From: a virus
Lineage: Duplodnaviria; Caudoviricetes
Reading direction: 5' to 3' (one strand)
IMG/VR virus record: IMGVR_UViG_3300029822_000011
Coordinates: 1 to 61,783 of that record
DNA length: 61,783 nucleotides
The position numbers were made by a program, and so were the translations under genes. The notes under the pieces are model-generated. The model was not told where the DNA came from. It saw only the letters and a list, made by a program, of their open reading frames with translations, and did no database searches. This document shows positions 1-7,102 of this stretch, piece by piece. Position 1 is the first letter of the stretch. Each line of letters begins with the position of its first letter.

Positions 1-1
1 C

Positions 2-97
2 GCCTGCCCGGTGTGCGGGCGGACGTGGGATGAGCAGGCGGCGGCGTACCAGTGCTGCGCGGGCGGCGACGAGCCCGAGCAGGAGGCACAATCGTGA
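2..97 (+). CDS. 3' end of a small Cys-rich protein (truncated by window start)
   Basis: Open frame ACPVCGRTWDEQAAAYQCCAGGDEPEQEAQS* whose stop overlaps the GTG at 94. Confidence 0.55.
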   Translation, partial: ACPVCGRTWDEQAAAYQCCAGGDEPEQEAQS

Positions 98-493
98 GCA
101 CCAAGCCCGCTCCGCGATGCGCAGTCTGCGAGCGCCGACAGCAGAGACGGCAAGCGGTTCCGGTGCGTGGCTTGCGGTCATGCCGACTACGCTGACGTGA
201 ACGCAGCGAGGAACATCCTCGCCAGAGGTTTACTCGCCGGGAAGGCCCCGGAGAGTATCGCGGTGCGCGGCCCGGTGAAGCGCGAATCAGGGACGTTACC
301 TGTAGCGCCCGAGCGAACCTTGGGCCACTCTGTCGCGGTAGGGGGTGCAGTGCGCCCCACGCGCACGCGGAGTGCTGGCCAATGTGCAGCCAAACGAACC
401 GCCGCTGCGTTGGCATTGGAGGACGCGGAGCCAAAGAAACTTGAGTGCATAGGGCGCGTGAGAGAGGAGTGTGGGGCGAGTGATCTACCTTAG
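94..493 (+). pseudogene. tnpB: TnpB (IS200/IS605-type) C-terminal remnant, frameshifted
   Basis: AGGAGG at 81-86, GTG at 94 gives MSTKPAPRCAVC; after a frame change at ~130 it reads SADSRDGKRFRCVACGHADYADVNAARNILARG...GPVKRES = Zn ribbon, RuvC-III and a TnpB-like tail. RuvC-I/II absent. Confidence 0.8.
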
Positions 494-596
494 CGAAGCA
501 ACGACCTGCGCGTTCGTGCAGGGCTTCCTTGCGATCCGCGCAGACGTGAAGCACCCGCAGGCGGAGGATGGCGAGGACTCGTTCGGCGATCAGTAG
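480..596 (+). CDS. Possible 38-aa peptide
   Basis: GAGGAG at 464-469, GTG at 480, MIYLSEATTCAFVQGFLAIRADVKHPQAEDGEDSFGDQ*; no recognisable motif. Confidence 0.3.
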   Translation: MIYLSEATTCAFVQGFLAIRADVKHPQAEDGEDSFGDQ

Positions 597-605
597 CGAG
601 TGGTA

Positions 606-634
606 TTGACAAGCCGCCCCATATCATGTAAACT
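606..634 (+). promoter_or_regulatory. sigma70-type promoter upstream of the CRISPR leader RNA
   Basis: TTGACA (606-611), 17 nt, TAAACT (629-634); expected start ~641 coincides with the first base of a 13-bp stem. Confidence 0.8.
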
Positions 635-640
635 GAAAGT

Positions 641-871
641 GTCCCGGCAAGGACTTGAGAGGAGGTCGCGTTCACAATGCACATCAATAGGATTGCCCCC
701 GCGAAAGCGCGACCTCCGTTTCCTTGCCGGGACGAGAGCGTTGCTTTTCGCGGGGGTTTTGCATGTACGCTTACAAGACGCCTCGAACCGGCTGCGGTTG
801 GTTCGACTGCGGCTACTCTGAGCCGCGAGGCCGGGCAACGAGTCGTCCGGCAAACCTGCGCGCGCCCCAAG
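641..871 (+). ncRNA. Structured tracrRNA/omegaRNA-like scaffold contiguous with the first CRISPR repeat
   Basis: Stems 641-653/721-733 (13 bp), 661-670/708-717 (10 bp), 696-706/746-756 (11 bp), 783-789/800-806, 809-814/821-826, 831-836/845-850; anti-repeat CCTGCGCGCG (855-864) pairs with repeat bases 883-892 (one G-U). Confidence 0.7.
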
Positions 872-1095
872 CGTGCGATCCACGCGCGCGGGGCAGAGGA
901 CAACGGCACGTGACGACCGGTTCGACGTGCGATCCACGCGCGCGCGGGGCAGAGGTAACCGGGTCAGAGTGTCGTACATAGGGCACCGTGCGATCCACGC
1001 GCGCGCGGGGCAGAGGCAAGGCGGCCTGGGCGGCGCTGGAGAAGGCGGAGAGGCAGGCCTCGCAGCGTGCGATCCACGCGCGCGCGGGGCAGAGG
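872..1095 (+). CRISPR. Mini CRISPR array: 4 repeats, 3 spacers
   Basis: CGTGCGATCCACGCGCGCGCGGGGCAGAGG (30 nt) at 926-955, 987-1016, 1066-1095 and a 28-nt variant lacking one CG at 872-899; unique spacers of 26, 31 and 49 nt. Orientation inferred from promoter and anti-repeat, not certain. Confidence 0.9.
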
Positions 1096-1114
1096 AGGAG
1101 AGATAGCTAAAGCA

Positions 1115-2368
1115 ATGATAAAGACCGCGACATTCTATCTGGCCGACATGCCGCAGGAGGACAAGCGCCTGTGTCAACTCCTCTGCGATGAACTCGGCGC
1201 GGCGGGCTCCGCGATGGTTCGCGAGTGGTATCGCGCCTGTGACGAAGTAGATGGCGAGCGTATCAACTGGGGTGACGTGCAGGCGCGCGGTGTGCAGGTC
1301 GGCAAGCAGGCGTTTGCGGATCGTGGATACCGAGGCGAACTCGTCAATGACCTCCAGCGCGCAGAGTTCTTCGCTCGCTTCAAGACTGAGTTCAAGAAGA
1401 TTGCCGCAGGTGAGCGCGCCTCGCTCCCGTTCCCCGGCAGCGCGCCCTTCATCTTCCTGCGCATGGACCCCGGCCACGAAGTGGCTTCCGTCGTCAACGA
1501 GGGCGGCACCTGGTATCTGTGCAATCCGCACTTCTACCCCGGCGGTTCGCGCAGTGAAGACAACCGGCGCGAATGGCGGCTCAAGGACGTTGGCCGCAAC
1601 GGGTGGGGCTACGCGATCCTTGCCGAAGCAGAGAAGTTCGCCTGCATACGGATCATGCCCGACCGCAAGAAGCGCGGCTCGTGGGTTGTGAAGATCACCG
1701 TACACCTACCCGACGCCATAGCCCGAAGGGAGGTCGAGAAGCAGGAGGTGTGGGCGGGGATAGACTTGGGGCTGAACTGCCCGGCAGTCTTGTCTATCCC
1801 CGACCATCCCGACGGCGGCTTCGTTCGCTTCCTCGGCAATGACCAGTATCCACGCCTCTGGAAGCGCCTTGATGATTACGAGGAGCGCAAGCGCGTCCTC
1901 AATCGCGCAGGCAAGCGCGAAGCCGCCCGCGACCTGCGTGCGAAGATCACCGGCGTTCGACAGCATATCAACGAACTCATCAGCCGGGAGATTGTTGACC
2001 TCTGCCTCGCTATGCGCGTGACGGGTCTGCGCATGGAGGACCTCAAAGGCCTCGGTGTGGAGGGAAGCGGCAGGCTGAAGTTCTGGCCGCGGTTCCACCT
2101 GGTTACTCGAATTGAGCAGAAGTGCGGTGAGGTGGGGCTGACGTTCGAGAAGATCAAACCAGCGGGCACCTCGCAGACCTGCTCCTCCTGCGGCCATCGC
2201 GACAAGGACAACCGCAACGGCCCCGACTTTGTTTGCCTGCGGTGCGGTTTCGCCCGCCATGCCGACGTGAACGCAGCGAACAACATTGCCCGTGGCATGG
2301 ATGACTTCGACTTGCCGACGGGCGCAAGCGCGCCGACGAAGGCGCGGCGATTGGAGATTGCATCATGA
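1115..2368 (+). CDS. cas12f: Miniature type V CRISPR effector, Cas12f-like (TnpB-derived) RuvC nuclease, 417 aa
   Basis: RuvC-I GIDLG, RuvC-II MEDL, Zn ribbon CSSC...CLRC, RuvC-III HADVNAANNIA; starts 19 nt after the last repeat; size and segments (MIK start, RFK..KI..G..SLP, LRAKI...ISREIVD) resemble AsCas12f1 as recalled from memory. Subtype needs a phylogeny. Confidence 0.85.
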   Translation: MIKTATFYLADMPQEDKRLCQLLCDELGAAGSAMVREWYRACDEVDGERINWGDVQARGVQVGKQAFADRGYRGELVNDLQRAEFFARFKTEFKKIAAGERASLPFPGSAPFIFLRMDPGHEVASVVNEGGTWYLCNPHFYPGGSRSEDNRREWRLKDVGRNGWGYAILAEAEKFACIRIMPDRKKRGSWVVKITVHLPDAIARREVEKQEVWAGIDLGLNCPAVLSIPDHPDGGFVRFLGNDQYPRLWKRLDDYEERKRVLNRAGKREAARDLRAKITGVRQHINELISREIVDLCLAMRVTGLRMEDLKGLGVEGSGRLKFWPRFHLVTRIEQKCGEVGLTFEKIKPAGTSQTCSSCGHRDKDNRNGPDFVCLRCGFARHADVNAANNIARGMDDFDLPTGASAPTKARRLEIAS

Positions 2369-2636
2369 GAAGTGGCTGTCGGGCTGAGGTTTGACGGCTT
2401 GCGGTGATTGCGCACCGCGAGGATAGCCGATGGTTATCAAGTGCTGATACAGCATCGCAAGCGCAGATGATGGTGCAGAGATCGTGCTTGACGAAGACGA
2501 AGTGCAGAAGCTCAGGGAGGCGCTGGAGGAGCACGCGAAGAGCAGTCCGCAGGACTGACGCACACGCCGCACCTGCTGACGCGCATGGGGACGCACGGGG
2601 ATGCAGAGCGCGCAGCGAGAGGTTGCCGGGATGCGC

Positions 2637-2665
2637 TTGCAATCGACGAACGTTCGTGCTATAAT
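2637..2665 (+). promoter_or_regulatory. sigma70 promoter of the replication operon with palindromic operator in the spacer
   Basis: TTGCAA, 17 nt, TATAAT with TGn extension; perfect palindrome ACGAACGTTCGT at 2646-2657. Confidence 0.8.
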
Positions 2666-2826
2666 GGAGGTGTCTGGAGAGACACGGCGCGGCTTTGCGT
2701 TCTATGGCCGCCCACCACAATCTGACCGTGACCATATTGCCCTCGTGCAAACCTCCGCGCGTGTCTCTCCAGACTGCGTAGGCGGCCAGCGCGAGGGCTT
2801 TTCTTTGCTCCGGGGTGATCCAGTTC

Positions 2827-3978
2827 GTGGCTAACCCAAACCACTACGTCAAACTCTTCCTCGCAACGTTCGACGGGCAGTCCGCCGATATGCAGGCGCT
2901 CACTATCGGCCAGAAGTACGTGTGGCTGGCGCTCCTCGCATTTGCCCGAGCCTACAGACCGTATGGCATTCTGAACGCAGGAGAGCACGAGGGGCGTCCT
3001 ATGCCCGCGAGTGTCCGCCGCCTGGCTGACTGGGCTTCCGTTGGAGTCGGCACTGTGAGTGAGGCGCTGGCAATCTATGAGAAGAGAGGAATGATAAAGC
3101 AGGATAACCGGCGCAGTGATCCGTGTTGGGAGATCGTCAACTGGGAGAAGTGGCAGGTGTCTCACGGCCTCGAAGAGTGTTCGGGAGCCGAACAAGATGG
3201 TGTTCGGGAGGCGAACACACAGACTGTAGCGCGTTCGGGAGATGAACAGCACTGTTCGCCATCTGAACGCCAGTGTTCGGCAAATGAACAGCAGTGTTCA
3301 GATGGCGAACACCTATCTCCGGACGCAGAGTGTTCAGGAGGCGAACACAAACAGGTAGAAAGCCTAGGGGCGCAAGGGCTATTGGCCTTAGTATCTGACG
3401 AGCAGGGGTGTTCGCCTACCGAACACGATTCTCTAGACGTTAAGAGAACAACATTAACAGCAGAAGAAGGCACGGCTACTTCTGCTTCTCAAGTAGATCA
3501 GGCACGACAAATCCTCTGCACCCTTCTTCGCTTGCCCGATGGATCAATCGCGATTGATGCCGCGCTTATGGCGGCCTCTCGTGTTCATCCGCGCGCCGCC
3601 GATGTCCTTGTCCAAGAGTGTGGAGCACTTGCGGCGCGGGAAGCTCAAGGCGGCAAGCCGGTTGATCTACAATACCTCGCCTCGAATGTTCGCCAAGCGG
3701 CGGAGCGACTTGAGCAGGAAGAGACACTTCAAGACGACGACGAACGCCTCTTCGTTCGCTTGTTCGGCCCCCGCCCCCGGAACGCTTTCTGGACGCAGGA
3801 GCAGGCGTGGGATCGCGAACTGGTCGGGTTCCGAAAGGATCGCGAGCACTGGCTGTATTCGCACTGCGCCACCGGCTGCGAGGAGAAGTTGCGCAAGCGC
3901 GCAGAGGAGTGTGGTCTTTGGGGTGATGGTCTGATTGAGCGAGTGCGCGAGAAGATCATGGCGGGTGGTTACGAATGA
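2827..3978 (+). CDS. Phage replication initiator (replisome-organiser-like N-terminus)
   Basis: HYVKLF...QKYVWLALLAFA...HTH-like SVRRLADWASVGVGTVSEAL; internal iterons; directly upstream of helicase. Start could be 2815. Confidence 0.75.
   Translation: MANPNHYVKLFLATFDGQSADMQALTIGQKYVWLALLAFARAYRPYGILNAGEHEGRPMPASVRRLADWASVGVGTVSEALAIYEKRGMIKQDNRRSDPCWEIVNWEKWQVSHGLEECSGAEQDGVREANTQTVARSGDEQHCSPSERQCSANEQQCSDGEHLSPDAECSGGEHKQVESLGAQGLLALVSDEQGCSPTEHDSLDVKRTTLTAEEGTATSASQVDQARQILCTLLRLPDGSIAIDAALMAASRVHPRAADVLVQECGALAAREAQGGKPVDLQYLASNVRQAAERLEQEETLQDDDERLFVRLFGPRPRNAFWTQEQAWDRELVGFRKDREHWLYSHCATGCEEKLRKRAEECGLWGDGLIERVREKIMAGGYE
3178..3425. repeat. Eight TGTTC-N7-GAACA palindromic iterons (putative replication origin)
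   Basis: Copies begin at 3178, 3201, 3232, 3253, 3274, 3295, 3331, 3409 (two have one terminal mismatch); copies 3-6 have a 21-bp period; A-rich tract follows at ~3426-3465. Confidence 0.8.
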
Positions 3979-5423
3979 GATCAGCGCCGGAGGCCGTGAA
4001 CGCGCAGACGCCCGACGACGTGCGCCTACCTCCGTGGGATAAGGACGCGGAGCAGATCGTCCTCGGGTGTTGCTTGCGCAGTGAAAGCAAGTGGGATCAG
4101 CAGGAGTTCGTTCATGCCATCCTGACGTTGCAGCCATCCGATTTCTACCACGAGGCAGCGCAGCAGGTCTTCGCGGCGATCTGTGAAGTGTGGCAGCAGG
4201 GCAAGCCGGTTGCGGTGCCGACTGTGGCGGCGCGGCTGCGTGAGCGAGGACAACTCGAAGCGACAGGCGGGCGCGAGTGGTTGCGCAAAGTTGCTGACGA
4301 CGTATGGACAGGACAACATGTGCAGGCGGCAATCCGGGCGGTTGCTGGCAAGTCACGCTTGCGGAAGATGATCGTGTGGACGGGTGAGGCGCGGCAGAAA
4401 CTCTACACGCGCGAACATGAGCCGGACGCGGTGATCGCGGACCTTGCTGCCGAGGCGCTGCGCTTCGCCAATGCAGACGACGGGCCAATGACGGTGACGC
4501 CAGACGCCACGAAGACTGAGGACTGGCAGAGCATCAAGGAGGCGCTGAACGCGAACTTCGATCTGACACCCGCGCGGTTTGGCGTTGGCGAACTTGACTA
4601 CTACACAGGGGGCCTCGGCAACATGTTCCTCGTGCTGCTCATGGCGATGCAGGGGGGCGGGAAGACGCGCTTCGCGATGCACGCCACGCTCAAGAGCGCG
4701 CAGGAGTTTGCTCGCGTACCAGAAGACGAGCGGCCACATGCCCTCGTGTTTCCGCTGGAGGAGGGTCGGGAGCCGTGGATACGCAACGCAGTCGCGTGGT
4801 TGGCGCGCATAGACGCGATGAAGCTCATGCCAGGGCGCGCTCCAAAGCACGAGCGCGAAGCGATAGAGGCGAGGGCAGAACAGGCGCACCGGCAGTTGCT
4901 GGAACTCCCCGTGGTGATCGGGCAGAACGTGACGCGCGTGGAGCAGTTGACGACGCTCATTCAGATCGAAGCGCGGCGGCGCAAACTCGGCCTCGTGGTG
5001 ATTGACTACCTCCAGCGCCTCGGGCGGTCGGCAGATGAGGAGAGGCTTGCCCTCGCGCGGGTGTCGCTGGACTTGCAGACCCTCTCAGAACAGTTGAAGG
5101 TGCCGGTGTTGCTGCTTAGTCAGATGAGTTTCAGCAACGTGCCCGGCGATGTGTTGCCCTATGGTGGTCGCGGCGCAGCCTTCGATGCAAGCCTCGCTAT
5201 CATCCTCGAACGCACCGTAGACGACGAGGGGCGCAAGCGTGACGAGGGCACGCTGACGTGCTTCAAGGCGCGCCCCATCCCTGAGTTTCCGACAGTCAAG
5301 TTCCACGTCAACTACGCGAACGGCGGCCACTATTACGACGAGAAGGCATGGGCCATCGCGCAGGCAGATGAGGCGCGCATGGGTAGCCGCATGGAGGTGT
5401 CACGCGATGAACGCTACGGATAG
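3975..5423 (+). CDS. dnaB: DnaB-like replicative helicase
   Basis: N-domain PPWDKDAEQIVLG, Walker A AMQGGGKT, VVIDYLQ, VPVLLLSQ. Confidence 0.9.
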   Translation: MRSAPEAVNAQTPDDVRLPPWDKDAEQIVLGCCLRSESKWDQQEFVHAILTLQPSDFYHEAAQQVFAAICEVWQQGKPVAVPTVAARLRERGQLEATGGREWLRKVADDVWTGQHVQAAIRAVAGKSRLRKMIVWTGEARQKLYTREHEPDAVIADLAAEALRFANADDGPMTVTPDATKTEDWQSIKEALNANFDLTPARFGVGELDYYTGGLGNMFLVLLMAMQGGGKTRFAMHATLKSAQEFARVPEDERPHALVFPLEEGREPWIRNAVAWLARIDAMKLMPGRAPKHEREAIEARAEQAHRQLLELPVVIGQNVTRVEQLTTLIQIEARRRKLGLVVIDYLQRLGRSADEERLALARVSLDLQTLSEQLKVPVLLLSQMSFSNVPGDVLPYGGRGAAFDASLAIILERTVDDEGRKRDEGTLTCFKARPIPEFPTVKFHVNYANGGHYYDEKAWAIAQADEARMGSRMEVSRDERYG

Positions 5424-5679
5424 TCTGCCCGACGAGGACCAGGACGAAATACTCCGCGACCGGATCGTCTGGACGCGGCAGAAGCAACAGAAGATCGGGG
5501 AGTTGAGCGTAGACGATCAAGTGGGGATGCTTACGGCGCTTCAGGACCTGTGCGTAGTGCGGCAACGCAGGAGCGAGCGGTTTGCGCAAGCGGTACAGGA
5601 TGGATCGCTCTGCGCAGAGTGCCCGTGCAGGATAGTGGCAGAGTTGGCGGGAGGTGTCTGTCATGCAGGCAACACGTGA
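5407..5679 (+). CDS. Hypothetical protein
   Basis: GGAGG upstream, overlaps helicase end. Confidence 0.6.
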   Translation: MNATDSLPDEDQDEILRDRIVWTRQKQQKIGELSVDDQVGMLTALQDLCVVRQRRSERFAQAVQDGSLCAECPCRIVAELAGGVCHAGNT

Positions 5680-5824
5680 ACCTATGCCTACGGTAGACGT
5701 GGCCGCCGACGAGACGGTGTTCGTGCGGCAGGCGCTTGCGCGCGCGATTGACGAGGAGCGCGACGCCGACGCCCGCGCGCTGCTGGCCCGCCTGCGGCGC
5801 ATGGTGGGGAGGGAGCAGGAGTGA
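5663..5824 (+). CDS. Hypothetical 53-aa protein
   Basis: GGAGGTG RBS, MQATREPMPTVDVAADETVFVRQALARAIDEERD...; stop overlaps next GTG. Confidence 0.55.
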   Translation: MQATREPMPTVDVAADETVFVRQALARAIDEERDADARALLARLRRMVGREQE

Positions 5825-5964
5825 GCGGCCCTCGCTGCCCCCACTGCCGCGCGTCGCCGACGTTCGTGCAGCGCGAGTGGCTGGAGCGCAGATGGAGGTG
5901 CGAGAAGTGCAAGCGGACGTTCACGGGCAAGGAGAGGCGAGAGGGAGGTTCGGAGGATGAGTGA
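5821..5964 (+). CDS. Small zinc-ribbon protein (47 aa)
   Basis: MSGPRCPHC...WRCEKCKRTF; GTGA overlap with upstream ORF. Confidence 0.6.
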   Translation: MSGPRCPHCRASPTFVQREWLERRWRCEKCKRTFTGKERREGGSEDE

Positions 5965-6295
5965 CGAGTGGCCGCTGTCCGAGGACGCCTGTCCTACAAC
6001 GACGCGGAGGGTGAGTGAGATGAGCTGGATCCAGGCGATGTACTCGCTGCGTGGGGACGCGGACGAGGAGCGCGTAGACTGGGCCAACCGCGCCGCCGCC
6101 CTCGAAGCCGAAGTCGCGCACTTGCGGGCGGCGCTGGAGTGGTTGGCGAAGAGGACAACGTCGGAGTGGAAAGTAGGATGCCCTTCGGGGGTTGCCTTGT
6201 GCGAAGATGAACACGCCGAACACGGGGATAGCGAGTGCGTTGACTGTTGGATCACAGCCGCACTCAAAGCCGCAGAGGAGGGTTCCGATGAGTGA
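5957..6295 (+). CDS. Hypothetical protein, partial paralogue of next gene
   Basis: Shares RAALEW...C...C...AALKAAEE C-terminal module with 6288-6635. Confidence 0.65.
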   Translation: MSDEWPLSEDACPTTTRRVSEMSWIQAMYSLRGDADEERVDWANRAAALEAEVAHLRAALEWLAKRTTSEWKVGCPSGVALCEDEHAEHGDSECVDCWITAALKAAEEGSDE

Positions 6296-6635
6296 ACGCT
6301 ATCCGTGGACGCCAGTGCGTGCGCTGGAGGTTGTGCTGTGTGAGGACGACGTGACCGAGGAGGAGTGCGATTACTTCGGGCGCAGGAAGTGGGTGCGCTC
6401 GTCGGCTGAGGAGTTCTTACGGGGGTACATTGCGGCAAGTGTGCCAAGGGCGGCGCTGGAGTGGGCGGTGCACGAGATTGACGGCTGTGTCTATCACGAT
6501 GGCCGTGAATGCGCCGTCGTCGAATCTGGTGAGGAGAACGAGGACTGCTTCGACGGCATTTGCTTTGAGCACCGTATGCAGGCCGCACTCAAAGCCGCAG
6601 AGGAGGCAACGCAGGATGCGAATGATGATTGCTGA
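6288..6635 (+). CDS. Hypothetical protein
   Basis: GAGGAGG RBS; shared C-terminal module with previous gene. Confidence 0.65.
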   Translation: MSERYPWTPVRALEVVLCEDDVTEEECDYFGRRKWVRSSAEEFLRGYIAASVPRAALEWAVHEIDGCVYHDGRECAVVESGEENEDCFDGICFEHRMQAALKAAEEATQDANDDC

Positions 6636-6837
6636 CAGGCTCTTCCGCGCGTCAACGCTGCTGCACTTCTGGAGCTTCGTCTGTCGCAGCCGCATGGTCC
6701 GCAGGCGAGGTGTGCGCCGGGTGATGTGGAGCATCGGGCGCGCAGTGCCGAGGTGGGCCGCGTGGGTGTTGTGCTGGTTTGTGGATCGGCTGATCGGCCT
6801 GCCATTGCGAGAGGAGGCGACGCAGGATGACGTATGA
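6616..6837 (+). CDS. Hypothetical basic/Trp-rich protein
   Basis: AGGAGG at 6601-6606; coupled to neighbours. Confidence 0.5.
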   Translation: MRMMIADRLFRASTLLHFWSFVCRSRMVRRRGVRRVMWSIGRAVPRWAAWVLCWFVDRLIGLPLREEATQDDV

Positions 6838-7102
6838 CGAGCAGGTGCAGGTGATCGCGCGGAGGTGCGCTGCTGTCCAAGGAGCGGGATGCGCGTTCGC
6901 CCTCTGCCACGATAACGCCGACTGGTGGGCAGCCGAGGCAGCGGGTCGCATTGACGGCGGCCCGACAATCCGCCTCGCCGCCGCAAGCCTCTTCGCGCGG
7001 CTCTACGGCAAGCGCCCCGACGAGTACGCGCGGGAGCATGGCGACGATGAACTGCTGCGCGCGACGGAGGGGCTGGAAGAGGAGGGTGCTGAGTATGACT
7101 GA
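6827..7102 (+). CDS. Hypothetical protein
   Basis: GAGGAGG RBS; coupled to neighbours. Confidence 0.6.
   Translation: MTYDEQVQVIARRCAAVQGAGCAFALCHDNADWWAAEAAGRIDGGPTIRLAAASLFARLYGKRPDEYAREHGDDELLRATEGLEEEGAEYD

Noticed and set aside
1115-2368. Nuclease-dead Cas12f/TldR-type RNA-guided regulator
   Set aside because: All three RuvC acidic residues are present and no sigma-factor partner is adjacent.
2369-2636. ORF 2404-2664 or a tracrRNA downstream of the nuclease
   Set aside because: No anti-repeat found by eye; a protein-like frame (YSIASADDGAEIVLDEDEVQKLREALEEH) follows a stop codon, suggesting a broken gene remnant too weak to call.
94-2640. Active IS200/IS605 or IS607 transposon
   Set aside because: No tnpA or serine recombinase in the window, no recognisable element ends around the intact gene, and a repeat-spacer array is present instead.
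2646-3425. LexA/SOS boxes
   Set aside because: Spacing and orientation (GAAC-N0-GTTC, GTTC-N7-GAAC) match neither GAAC-N4-GTTC nor direct-repeat GTTC-N7-GTTC; location inside the initiator fits iterons.
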